Shown here: positions 9,163-18,506 of the stretch, piece after piece
How positions within the stretch are numbered: the stretch's first letter is position 1
Layout: the number at the start of each line of letters is the position of its first letter
The notes under the pieces: generated by a model
Database searches by the model: none
Seen by the model: only the letters and a program-made list of their open reading frames with translations
What the model was told of the DNA's origin: nothing
IMG/VR virus record: IMGVR_UViG_3300010412_000004
Location: 15,013 to 79,012 of that record
Strand: one strand, 5' to 3'
Length of the DNA stretch: 64,000 bases
Source of the DNA: a virus
Translations under genes and position numbers: made by a program

Positions 9163-10406
9163 TTGAATAAATCAAATTTTTCTTGTTTATGTTGTTTGAA
9201 GGCCCAAGGCCACTTTGGCACACTATTTTGTAGGTCTATATAGTACATGATATTGAGCTCATCCCTGAGTTTGTAGCTGTTGGCGAGTCCTTTTTCTATT
9301 ACTATTTCTATTTCTCTGGATTTATCTCCCTTTTTGCCTTTAATCCATCTTTCATTCTCTCCAAGTGTATAGTCTCCTGGAACAACTTTGTATTCTGATT
9401 TTCCAAGTTTATATCCTTTTTTATTGAAGTAATCTAAGATGTATAACCGTTCCGCCTTGGAGTAGGTAAGAATATGTTTCCCTTCAATCTCCTTCTTTTG
9501 AGGAGATCTATCTGATACGGTAACATTGTGAGCATTTCTGGCATAATCAAATTTACCGCCTCTGGTTTTTGGTACACATACGATCCCATATTTACCAAAT
9601 TTAACCCAACTGGTACTGTCAACACTATACCAAGGGTACCTTGTAAGTAATCCTGCCGAAGTAACTGCAAATCCATGAACTTTAACTTTTGGCATTCCCA
9701 TGTCATCTGTGAGCATCTCACTCCATATCTTATCTAATCCTTGGTATATCACATTTTCTGGATTAGGTATAATTCCTCCTATGGCAATATAATCATGTCC
9801 CCTATCTAGATACATTTTTAACCATTCTGGGGAATTACCAAAGTGCCATACTGGAATAGGTTTTAGTCCTTTGCTTTCCATATATTGTTGGTTGTACCAA
9901 GTTTCTTCTGCATTATTGATCACATCTAGGTTAGCGTAGACTTCTATATAAGGGAGGTATTTTTTGATGAAAAGAACATACTGCCTTCTATATTTGATAT
10001 AATGATCAGATTTTAGATAAGAGTAATCATCATTCTTTCTGTCACCAAGGAAACTTCCCATATAGGTATGTGCTCCTCCCTTATGGGACCTCATGTGTTT
10101 ATTATAGAGGCTAGGTGCTCCACTATCTACGAATATTTTAAGGTCTTTTGGAGTAGTTACGGAGTCAGGTTTTAATTGAGATACTTCATTTTCTACCGTT
10201 CTTATTTTTTCTGGAACTGTTCCTTTTTCCACCATTACCCTCATATCATATTTTTGAATTGTTTTGATGTAATCTCCGGTTCTATCAAACCTTATACCAA
10301 GGTCTAGTACTCTTTTTACCTCATCAGTACTTGGCCAAATATTACTTCTCCCGGCGTGTTCTCTGGAGAATCCTCTAGGATATATCTTCATAGTGCTTTT
10401 ATACAA
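9159..10406 (-). CDS. TGT-fold base-exchange transglycosylase (DpdA-like, 7-deazaguanine insertion into DNA)
   Basis: FVDSGA, ANLDVI, PIPVWH, IAIGG, VHGFA, SVDSTSW: TGT barrel with catalytic Asp positions; clustered with folE/queD/queE. Confidence 0.78.
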   Translation of the reverse strand: MYKSTMKIYPRGFSREHAGRSNIWPSTDEVKRVLDLGIRFDRTGDYIKTIQKYDMRVMVEKGTVPEKIRTVENEVSQLKPDSVTTPKDLKIFVDSGAPSLYNKHMRSHKGGAHTYMGSFLGDRKNDDYSYLKSDHYIKYRRQYVLFIKKYLPYIEVYANLDVINNAEETWYNQQYMESKGLKPIPVWHFGNSPEWLKMYLDRGHDYIAIGGIIPNPENVIYQGLDKIWSEMLTDDMGMPKVKVHGFAVTSAGLLTRYPWYSVDSTSWVKFGKYGIVCVPKTRGGKFDYARNAHNVTVSDRSPQKKEIEGKHILTYSKAERLYILDYFNKKGYKLGKSEYKVVPGDYTLGENERWIKGKKGDKSREIEIVIEKGLANSYKLRDELNIMYYIDLQNSVPKWPWAFKQHKQEKFDLFK

Positions 10407-11410
10407 TCCAACATATTTTTAATGGCTTGACTTCCATCTAAAATCATTTTATTTTGTAGTTTATTAAGATATTTTCTAAAGTATTTCTCCTGTTTTTCAT
10501 CTCTTAATATATTAATGATTTTATCCACACACTCGTCAAAGGTTTTGAATCTAAAAGGTCGTGGATATAATTCTTCATAACTCAGTCTATTAGGAACTAA
10601 AGGGATACAACCAGACATCACCGATTCCTGCATAGCTATTCCCCAGGTTTCCTGTCTGGAAAAAGATACAGCTATTTTTGATGCCTGTAGTATATCATAA
10701 TACTTCTCTTTGGTATTACATATCAACTTAGTTTTTACAAAATCATAATGAGGGAAAATAGGTTTAATTGTCTTCTCTAAGGCGTCAAAATAGGAGGGTT
10801 CTTTTTCAGGATCTAGTCTATGAGGAAATACAATCATATTCATTTTATGGGTATCTACTAACCACTCTGGGTATATTGGCAGACCGGTAACTGCTATTTT
10901 ATGACTCAACACTTCTCTTTTTTCCATTAACAATCTTTTATGAAAATCAGTAGCCACAAAAATTTTGTCAACAAGAGTTGTCCATCCTTTTTCTATATGA
11001 GATGCCCAGTAGTCCATCCCCATTCTATGTAGAAAATCATGTTCATCATATGTGCCTGCATGAAGTATTCCACATATATTTATATCCAATCTTAAAGCAT
11101 CTCTAATGTAGGCCAACATTTCAATTCCAGGAAACCATAAATCATGAAATAAAAAGGTATCCTTATCTCTTATTACTCCCTTATCAATTAACCTACATAT
11201 TTCTCTGAGTTGGGCGGCCTTAAATAAGTTCGTTCCTATAATGTCAAGAAAAGATCCTTGCCGTATTTTGTGTGTAATAGGGTCAGGGTAAATAGTGATA
11301 TAATCTTTTTCTACCTCGAGCCCATTTGCTTGGAACTCTCTTGGGAACCATTTATTCCACTGAGCAGAGTATCTTTCCTCTAAACTTTCTATGGGCACAT
11401 TAATTATCAT
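10388..11410 (-). CDS. GT-B (GT4-like) glycosyltransferase in DNA-modification locus
   Basis: FPHRLDPEK, QETWGIAMQES (E-x7-E), PNRLSYEEL. Confidence 0.85.
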   Translation of the reverse strand: MIINVPIESLEERYSAQWNKWFPREFQANGLEVEKDYITIYPDPITHKIRQGSFLDIIGTNLFKAAQLREICRLIDKGVIRDKDTFLFHDLWFPGIEMLAYIRDALRLDINICGILHAGTYDEHDFLHRMGMDYWASHIEKGWTTLVDKIFVATDFHKRLLMEKREVLSHKIAVTGLPIYPEWLVDTHKMNMIVFPHRLDPEKEPSYFDALEKTIKPIFPHYDFVKTKLICNTKEKYYDILQASKIAVSFSRQETWGIAMQESVMSGCIPLVPNRLSYEELYPRPFRFKTFDECVDKIINILRDEKQEKYFRKYLNKLQNKMILDGSQAIKNMLDCIKAL

Positions 11411-11473
11411 AATTCGCCTCTTTGTTTCAATTAAACACTAAACTCATTGAAATTACAAGATAAATTTTTAGGT

Positions 11474-12835
11474 TTAAATTATTCTTAACCTAGCACATAT
11501 GGCATAGAATATAGCCGCATCTTCTATGGGGAGATGGTAATCTTTAGTATCCTCCTTAATTGCCTCAGCGATCTTCCATCCATTTCTATTGCTTAAATAT
11601 GTCATCATATATTCAATGTAGATACTTTTTAATTTATAAAGTTGAAACCATTTTATATCCTCCTCTTTTATGTCCCTTTTCGTATGTATTCTATCAAGCA
11701 AAAAAGAGTCAGGCATAAAACTTGGTATTAGTCTCATCGGTCTATTGTTTAGGGTATGTCCTTTGAGGTGAGAGGTTTCATAAATCTTTGTTCCATGATA
11801 TACCTGAAAGAATTGACCAAGACCTCCTTCGGTTCCATTTGTTTGTACTCTTCCATAAAGGTCATTCATTTTAAACCCATATTTAGATAAGAATTCCCCA
11901 GTGGTGTTTAAAGTCTTTAACGTTTCACCAGGATAGAATGTCATGGTTAACCAAAAGATGGGCACATCACACTTCTCAGCCAAATCTATGCATCGTGCGA
12001 CAGGTGACTTACCCATATCACTTCCTAGGTTCTTATCAGCAGTTTCCAGACCTACCTCGATTAATCTTACTCCTGCATCATGAAGTATTTTGGTACCATA
12101 CATAGAGATAAACCTATTTACTGTGGAAACTTCTCCTAAGGCTATGAAATTGAAGCCACCCATTTGGTATGCCCAATGTAATATGTTGTATGCCCTTTGA
12201 GTATCAAAAAAGAAATCTTCATCAGTGAAATGAATATTGTGGTATCCAAAATATTTACACCTTACGAGCATAGTGTGGATTTGTTCTAAATCCAAAACTA
12301 TTCTTTTTCTGTTTGTATTTACTGTGGAAGGACAGAAGGAGCAACCTCTTGGACATCCATATGAAGTAAAGAGAGGGTATACCTTTCCCGAATATTTTCT
12401 CAAGTGCATATCACAATCGCTCAACGTGAGGAATCTTAAATATTGATATGTATAAGGATAGTAGAACATTCCATCTTTAATCATATAATCTTCCACCTTA
12501 AACATATCTAAATCTAGACTTTGGATGAGGGGATAGTATCCAAAAAAGCTGGGTTTAACAGGTAGAAATTTATCAAGCATTTTGCAGAGTTCGATTTGAG
12601 GGTAGGACCATAGAGCTACTAAATAATTATTAGATTTTGGTAGGTCATCTATTCCTGCCATGGTGAAATTTTCTTCTAACCATACAATCTCTTCTTCTTT
12701 ATTCATTAGGTAATAATTGTAGAGTATATAAGGTAAGTAGCAAAAACTACCCCTATTGACTTCAGGAGAGGTTGGGTCAATTATTACTATATCCGCCTTA
12801 GTAGGGCGTATCCTCCCATTCTGCTCCATTTTCAT
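11474..12835 (-). CDS. Radical SAM enzyme with probable N-terminal cobalamin-binding domain (class B-like)
   Basis: TSYGCPRGCSFC (CxxxCxxC), FTDEDFF, VGLET, FYPGET; about 150-aa Rossmann-like N-terminus. Confidence 0.8.
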   Translation of the reverse strand: MKMEQNGRIRPTKADIVIIDPTSPEVNRGSFCYLPYILYNYYLMNKEEEIVWLEENFTMAGIDDLPKSNNYLVALWSYPQIELCKMLDKFLPVKPSFFGYYPLIQSLDLDMFKVEDYMIKDGMFYYPYTYQYLRFLTLSDCDMHLRKYSGKVYPLFTSYGCPRGCSFCPSTVNTNRKRIVLDLEQIHTMLVRCKYFGYHNIHFTDEDFFFDTQRAYNILHWAYQMGGFNFIALGEVSTVNRFISMYGTKILHDAGVRLIEVGLETADKNLGSDMGKSPVARCIDLAEKCDVPIFWLTMTFYPGETLKTLNTTGEFLSKYGFKMNDLYGRVQTNGTEGGLGQFFQVYHGTKIYETSHLKGHTLNNRPMRLIPSFMPDSFLLDRIHTKRDIKEEDIKWFQLYKLKSIYIEYMMTYLSNRNGWKIAEAIKEDTKDYHLPIEDAAIFYAICARLRII

Positions 12836-13139
12836 TATCCTCCATAACTCTTACATAACAGGCCTTAAATTGCTCAGCTAATTGTTTACATATCATTTCA
12901 CAACTGGTTCTGCCGAGAAATCTATCCCAATAGGTTATCATGATGAAATCGTCTACCTGTCTCTTCATTTCAATAAATTCTATGTCCCTATCATCATGGT
13001 GAACCTCCCATTTCATCCTTACATGGAAGATGTGACGGTGTGGATATTTTAAATGAGATTGAGTTTCTATGGGACATTCTGGCCAATGATGTGTAGCTGT
13101 AAAACTTGTATTGATTACAATTTTAGTGGACATCCACAT
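12798..13139 (-). CDS. dpdL: T-fold QueD paralog, DpdL-type (putative CDG decarboxylase)
   Basis: LKYPHRHIF matches the LxxxHRHxF signature I recall for DpdL (vs CxxxHGH of QueD); DRDIEF, SCE, EDNENGA. Confidence 0.68.
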   Translation of the reverse strand: MWMSTKIVINTSFTATHHWPECPIETQSHLKYPHRHIFHVRMKWEVHHDDRDIEFIEMKRQVDDFIMITYWDRFLGRTSCEMICKQLAEQFKACYVRVMEDNENGAEWEDTPY

Positions 13140-13311
13140 ACTCCATAATGATTGTAAGAGCTCTGTTATAATCGCCAGACTTGAGAATCTTTTTAATCAT
13201 TTCTTCCGCCCGCTCCTCTTGACCTGCCTTTTTTAGAGCTTTACTCGCCAAGCCCATAAGGTTGAAAATATTTCCATTTTTACCTACTAGCTTGCATTTT
13301 GGTTTTTCCAT
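13123..13311 (-). CDS. Conserved small phage hypothetical protein
   Basis: KLVGKNGNIFNLMG..AL motif common in phage/MGE proteins; GGAGG RBS. Confidence 0.6.
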   Translation of the reverse strand: MEKPKCKLVGKNGNIFNLMGLASKALKKAGQEERAEEMIKKILKSGDYNRALTIIMEYVDVH

Positions 13312-13312
13312 T

Positions 13313-13894
13313 TTATCCTCCCATTATTAAGGACATTTCAATCCATCTCATGGCTTCATCACGAGCTTTAAGGTCATCCATTAAAACTCCACTCAAAGCT
13401 GAAGTTGTCATACCAGACCCACTTTGTTGTTTAACCCCTCTACATCTCATACAACCGTGGATAGCTCGCATGGCCACTATGGTACCATATGGTTTAATGT
13501 GACGGTCAAATTGTTTGATTACATCATCACATAATGTTTCCTGTAGTTGTGGTCTAAGGGAGTAATGATTGATTAGGCGTGCAGGTTTTGATGCACCTAC
13601 GAGAAGTTCTTTAGGTATGTATCCTAACCACGCTTTTCCTTCAAAGGGTAGAAAATGGTGGGAACACCATGATACAAAGTGTATGGTGTCGAACATGATA
13701 AGTTGCTTGTAATCTCGATCATTTGGGAAGGCTTTGAAATCTGTAAATTCCTTCCCTACATTCGCAAATATTTCTTGGTACATTCGCTCAAGTCTTTGGG
13801 GTGTTTCACGAAGGTTGGGGTCAGATAAATCCAACCCCAACTCTTCGCTGATGACTTTACTGAAGTACCAAGCCATCGACTGGCTCATGGTCAC
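13313..13894 (-). CDS. folE: GTP cyclohydrolase I
   Basis: ETPQR, SWCSHHFLPFEG, RPQLQE, HGCMRCRGV, TTS. Confidence 0.93.
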   Translation of the reverse strand: MTMSQSMAWYFSKVISEELGLDLSDPNLRETPQRLERMYQEIFANVGKEFTDFKAFPNDRDYKQLIMFDTIHFVSWCSHHFLPFEGKAWLGYIPKELLVGASKPARLINHYSLRPQLQETLCDDVIKQFDRHIKPYGTIVAMRAIHGCMRCRGVKQQSGSGMTTSALSGVLMDDLKARDEAMRWIEMSLIMGG

Positions 13895-13897
13895 CTC

Positions 13898-14407
13898 TTA
13901 CTTGGCGTCTTCTTCCTCAGTGGTTGGTTCCGGTTCACCTTTTTCCTTGGCGATCCGTTTCTTGGCAATGTTGATGTAGATTGCGATCCGTTTCTTGATG
14001 AATTCTGTATCAGCCTGACCCCTCTCGTTGTAACGTTTGGAGAAGGCTGCCGCGATTTCATCCTCGGACTTGCCCGCCAAAACCATGTCGTAAGCCAGTT
14101 TTTCATTGGAAGGACCAGAAGGCCGTGTGGACTTCTTCTTTTTCTTTGCCTCCATCTTTTCGATTTCCTCAGGGGAGGGGTCCTTCCCTTCCACGATGCC
14201 GTTGTAGAAGACAACAACGGTTTCAGGCAGTTTTTTCTCCTCTTCACTTCCTTCCGCGACGGATTCTACTGCCTTCAGGAAACTCTCGACCAGGTCTTCC
14301 TTCTTGACCCCAACGGTCTTGAGCTTCACGGGGATGGCACCACTAGAGTTCAGGATACCAATCTCCTTTCGCAGGTCGTTAGCATTTACGAATTGTGGAC
14401 TTAACAT
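13898..14407 (-). CDS. Hypothetical charged protein, probably highly expressed
   Basis: Own promoter, AAGGAGGT RBS, locally higher GC codon usage. Confidence 0.7.
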   Translation of the reverse strand: MLSPQFVNANDLRKEIGILNSSGAIPVKLKTVGVKKEDLVESFLKAVESVAEGSEEEKKLPETVVVFYNGIVEGKDPSPEEIEKMEAKKKKKSTRPSGPSNEKLAYDMVLAGKSEDEIAAAFSKRYNERGQADTEFIKKRIAIYINIAKKRIAKEKGEPEPTTEEEDAK

Positions 14408-14466
14408 AAATTACCTCCTTGTTCCATAAAAGATTAATATTATAGTGTTCTCCAGCCTATGCACAT

Positions 14467-14500
14467 ACTATAGAACAATTTAAAAGGTATTGCAAGATAA
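14467..14500 (-). promoter_or_regulatory. Sigma70-type promoter
   Basis: TTATC-TTGCAA-17 bp-TATAGT. Confidence 0.65.
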
Positions 14501-14542
14501 AAGTGTGTTAATTGGTGATATTTTTTAGGAGAACTATCCTGA

Positions 14543-15190
14543 TTATTTTTCTTCCTTTATATGTGCCAGTTTATGTAGCTGGAGATTTATCTGAACCATA
14601 TATAGTTTGTCTTTCCTCATCCAGGTCATTAGGTCATTTACGTTTAAACCAGGAGTTACTGGACTAAAGGCTATTCTTGGAGGACAATTTTTGGATTCCT
14701 CGTAAACATGTTTTACTATTGATCTCGCCTGTTTGTAATCGCTAAAATTGGTAATTACAAATTTAAGAAAGTCCTCCGCGAGCATACTGTCTAACCATTT
14801 ATTATCAAATTTCATACCTATTTTATAATCAACCACCCAGCAATCTACATATTCAAATATTTCCTCATTTTGTGGTAGTAATGATCCATTTGTCTCGATA
14901 GTGATATTATGATCATTACTTTTTAATTGTTTCAAAAGAGGTAAAAGGTCCTCCTGCAGTAAAGGCTCTCCTCCTGTGAGTGTAACTTCGATTACACCTA
15001 ATTTATCTACCTCATGGACAACCTGACTTACTCCCACTTCCTTACCACTATCTACACCCCAAGCATATTTAGTATCACAATAAGGACAACTGAGATTACA
15101 ACCAGCAAATCTAACAAAAGTAGCCCACACACCTTGACCAAGATAGTTTACTTCCCCTTGAATGGATGAAAAAATACTATATACTCTCAT
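14543..15190 (-). CDS. queE: 7-carboxy-7-deazaguanine synthase (radical SAM)
   Basis: FSSIQGE, FVRFAGCNLSCPYCDT, TGGEPL, ETNGS, LQLHK. Confidence 0.93.
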   Translation of the reverse strand: MRVYSIFSSIQGEVNYLGQGVWATFVRFAGCNLSCPYCDTKYAWGVDSGKEVGVSQVVHEVDKLGVIEVTLTGGEPLLQEDLLPLLKQLKSNDHNITIETNGSLLPQNEEIFEYVDCWVVDYKIGMKFDNKWLDSMLAEDFLKFVITNFSDYKQARSIVKHVYEESKNCPPRIAFSPVTPGLNVNDLMTWMRKDKLYMVQINLQLHKLAHIKEEK

Positions 15191-15564
15191 TTGAAATTTA
15201 CCTCCATATAAGAGTTTTCAGTTTCCCATAATCTTAATCTGGTTATACAACTGATATTTATCACTTTAGGAAGGTCACCATAAAGTCTTTCGGTTATCCA
15301 CATGAGTATGTTCTCACCTGTAGGATTTTCTATCTTTGTGTTTATACAGGAGTGATCAAGTTGGTCTATAATCATTTCTTGTACTGCCTTTTTGAGGTTA
15401 GAAAGGTCGGTAACCATTCCCTTCTCAGGAGTCTCTGTTTTCTGTATCCCCCCTTCCACCTCTACCTCTAATTTGTAGCTGTGCCCATGTAACTCTTTAC
15501 ATTTACCTTCATGGTGTGGTAGATGGTGTGCCGCCTCAAATCTAAAAATTCTTCCTATTTTCAT
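15187..15564 (-). CDS. queD: 6-carboxy-5,6,7,8-tetrahydropterin synthase
   Basis: FEAAH, CKELHGHSY, LDH, PTGENI, LWET. Confidence 0.93.
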   Translation of the reverse strand: MKIGRIFRFEAAHHLPHHEGKCKELHGHSYKLEVEVEGGIQKTETPEKGMVTDLSNLKKAVQEMIIDQLDHSCINTKIENPTGENILMWITERLYGDLPKVINISCITRLRLWETENSYMEVNFK

Positions 15565-15576
15565 CTTTATTCCTCC

Positions 15577-15741
15577 TTATCCTTGAATTTGGTAGGATTC
15601 TTGTTTCTCGCATCTGCTACAAATCTTATACCCCCAGGTTACAGATATTGTATTAGGATATTCTGCAGGATGATTACCCAGATATACATAGAAATAATTA
15701 TGTCCAACTATCCAACAGATAAATTTTCTTATATATATCAT
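15577..15741 (-). CDS. Small Cys/His protein (54 aa)
   Basis: Read manually: MIYIRKFICWIVGHNY...CSRCE; ATGA overlap with helicase stop. Confidence 0.5.
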   Translation of the reverse strand: MIYIRKFICWIVGHNYFYVYLGNHPAEYPNTISVTWGYKICSRCEKQESYQIQG

Positions 15742-17276
15742 TCTTCCTCCTCTCTGTTCATCCCTACATAGTAAAATCCATCTAAATAAGGTTGACCTAA
15801 TTCAAGTTGTTGAAGGGTTACTATTTGAGTAAAATCATCAAAATATTTATGTCGATGGGCTAGTATTCCCATCCTCATTATCTTTTTTCTCTTCTCAGTT
15901 TCAGTTTGATTAAGGGTAGCCATTATATCTACGTGAGCCAGCTTCCGTATATCCTCCCCTGTCTGTGTCTTCTTTACATTTTTAGATTCAAAACTCTGCC
16001 TATTAGACTGTGTGGCAGTTACCCAAAGACAGTTCCTCTCTTGAGCTATACCTTTAGCTTTTTTCCAGGTCTCGTTAATTGCGTCTCTACCTACCAGGCG
16101 TGAATCTTCAGATTTAAGTAGGTCCATATAGTCAAGTATAATTACATCAGGCACAAATTCCTGAGAAAATTCAAGTATTTCTAAATCTCTGAGTATATCA
16201 CTTATATTTACAGTTCCAATTGGGTAGGATATTGTCCTAAGGTTTCCTTCTCCATACATATTTTGAAAACCTTTTGAAGATCTTGATGTTAACGAGTAAC
16301 TTAGTAAAGGCCTCCTTTCCATTACATACCATATGGCAGGTAAATAATTTCTGTCTGGATGTCCTTTACAGTAAGTACATACCCTATATCTTATGTTAGG
16401 TGTAAACTTAGGAATCCTCCCTAAATTATCAGCAAGTTTTTCTGTTTGGGTTTTCTCTTTTTTATCGCAATCCCCTTTTTGGTTTCTTTGGCAGTCAAAT
16501 ATAGGTATGATAAAGTTTCCCTGTCTGTTTTCATTAGAGGAGGTGAGTCTTTTATAAGTTCTTAGGTTAGTCTCTGTCTTATCCATTTCTAATGATATCT
16601 CTACAACTTTTAACCTGTTGGTTAGAGCCGCAAATTTGAACTCTTCTAACCACCAAGTTTTCCCCCTTTTCATAGGACCCATTAGTGAAACAAGCCATTT
16701 CCTTTTGAGCGATCCTAAGAAGTCACCTAATATACCAGGAAGTAATAGAAGGTACTCTTCTTCTCTGAGTAACGTGGATTCTATTTCTTGAGGCTCAAAA
16801 GGATTTGTCCATTTAGATGTAACAAGAGAAACCTTTCTATAATTTGCTACCTCTAACTCAGCCTCATCCACCTTATTTAAATCTATTAATGAACTAATCT
16901 TTTCTCTATGTTCTAATAAAGCCCTTTTCTTGAGGTAAACTACAGCTCTATCTAAGAAGTAGTCCACATTGTAGTTGGACATATCTTCGTACATCTGATT
17001 TAGGTCAATAAGGAACTCCGCTATTACCTCAGATAGGTCTTCCTCTAACTCCTCCTTCTTTATATTGTAAATGCTTTGAATATGTTCTTTTGGAGCCTCA
17101 TCATACTCTTTAAAGTAATTTATACACCATTTAGATATTTCTTTAGAGTACTTAGATTGTAGATATGTAGGTTTCAATATTTCTATAATTGACCTTAAGA
17201 ATCTAGTGGAGGTTATCATCCCTATAATTAGATTCTTTTCATCTACTAGGTCAATTCTTTTTCTTTGAATTCTCAA
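15738..17276 (-). CDS. DnaB-like replicative helicase
   Basis: GPMKRGKT, ISLEM, IILDYMDL, VTATQSNR, EDIRKL. Confidence 0.88.
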   Translation of the reverse strand: MRIQRKRIDLVDEKNLIIGMITSTRFLRSIIEILKPTYLQSKYSKEISKWCINYFKEYDEAPKEHIQSIYNIKKEELEEDLSEVIAEFLIDLNQMYEDMSNYNVDYFLDRAVVYLKKRALLEHREKISSLIDLNKVDEAELEVANYRKVSLVTSKWTNPFEPQEIESTLLREEEYLLLLPGILGDFLGSLKRKWLVSLMGPMKRGKTWWLEEFKFAALTNRLKVVEISLEMDKTETNLRTYKRLTSSNENRQGNFIIPIFDCQRNQKGDCDKKEKTQTEKLADNLGRIPKFTPNIRYRVCTYCKGHPDRNYLPAIWYVMERRPLLSYSLTSRSSKGFQNMYGEGNLRTISYPIGTVNISDILRDLEILEFSQEFVPDVIILDYMDLLKSEDSRLVGRDAINETWKKAKGIAQERNCLWVTATQSNRQSFESKNVKKTQTGEDIRKLAHVDIMATLNQTETEKRKKIMRMGILAHRHKYFDDFTQIVTLQQLELGQPYLDGFYYVGMNREEEE

Positions 17277-18433
17277 AACAGGTCCCTTCTGTCCTCTATT
17301 ATACCTTCTTTGTATAGATAGGTTGGTAGTCTTTTAGAGAAAGTAAAGTCAGAGCATAAAAATCCTGGTGTTATATCATAGGTTATACTATTATCTTTTT
17401 CTATACATTCCCAGAGTATGTCTGTAAAATCTTCAACCGAAAAAATACCAAACATTTCTAGGTTCATATAATCTTTATTTTTTTGATAGAACTCTGTAAG
17501 TTTATTAGATGCCGTGATAAACTTAATATCCTCATGTGGAGGGAAACCATTTGGAGGTTCTACTCCTCCAAGTATCTTTTGTATATATATACTTTTAATT
17601 CTTTGGGTTACTTTGGGATCCTTATCTTCTTCTAGGTGTAGTGGGTGGGAATGTACAAGTTTTAATTCTTTAGAGAGAAAATCTATAAATGGGCTCTTTT
17701 TTGAGAAATCGTCCCATATAAAAACATCTAATGCCTTTCCCTGTAGACGTTTTTGGTGGGGTGTTCCGTTTATAGGGAAATAATTTGGGTCTAATGCAGA
17801 TAGGGAAAATTTTTTAATGCTCTCTTTCATCTCTTCATAGGAATACTTTTTGTCACTTATAGGTATCCATCCTAATCTAGCCTTTCGTATATTTTGAATA
17901 GACCTTTCCCATATTTTTGTTCCTTCATTACATTTTCTCAAACCTAGTGCATTCCAGAACTCTATTACTGATAGTATGTCCTTAGTAGGTTTAATTAGTT
18001 CCTTTTTAGTTTTGGTGTATGAGGGAATAACTACCGTCTGGTACCTTATTTTATCAGCCTTGCTTATCTTCACTCTTTTAACTCGGCTGGCAGGCCGAGT
18101 AGATTCACTAAGGACAGATTCTTTATTAGATATATTATTATTAGTATTATCTACTAAAGTAGATAATACAGATGATGATGTATGTAATGAAGGATTAGGA
18201 CTTAGTGAACATATATATTTATTTTGCTTGGCCTGGTCAAATAATTCCTTTTGATTTTCCCTTTCAGTATCAATGAATAAATTACATAATAGATAAACTA
18301 GGAATTTCTCAACCTCTTCTTCATCTACTTTCAATCTGAAGGACAGTTTTCTTATTAGTTTTTTCAAGTCAGACATAGAAACGTACCTTATGAACGCCGC
18401 ACTAGAACGCTGAATTCTGTACGAACTATACAT
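17273..18433 (-). CDS. Putative replication initiator / helicase loader-like protein
   Basis: Between primase and helicase; low-complexity S/N linker followed by VIEFWN helical domain; start uncertain. Confidence 0.4.
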   Translation of the reverse strand: MYSSYRIQRSSAAFIRYVSMSDLKKLIRKLSFRLKVDEEEVEKFLVYLLCNLFIDTERENQKELFDQAKQNKYICSLSPNPSLHTSSSVLSTLVDNTNNNISNKESVLSESTRPASRVKRVKISKADKIRYQTVVIPSYTKTKKELIKPTKDILSVIEFWNALGLRKCNEGTKIWERSIQNIRKARLGWIPISDKKYSYEEMKESIKKFSLSALDPNYFPINGTPHQKRLQGKALDVFIWDDFSKKSPFIDFLSKELKLVHSHPLHLEEDKDPKVTQRIKSIYIQKILGGVEPPNGFPPHEDIKFITASNKLTEFYQKNKDYMNLEMFGIFSVEDFTDILWECIEKDNSITYDITPGFLCSDFTFSKRLPTYLYKEGIIEDRRDLF

Positions 18434-18506
18434 TAGACATAGTTACTACAGCATAAATTTTTTCCTCAAGTAGAATTAAAAAAGAAGTGTTGGTCCCTTG
18501 CTGGAT

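Noticed and set aside
13891-14247. Alternative-frame 118-aa basic ORF
   Set aside because: It lies inside the better-supported 13898-14407 gene, which has a promoter and RBS.
9159-15564. Queuosine tRNA-modification (auxiliary metabolic) pathway
   Set aside because: No queC/queF/queA in the window, the transglycosylase lacks the bacterial TGT Zn-binding CxCxxC motif, and the replication context points to DNA modification.
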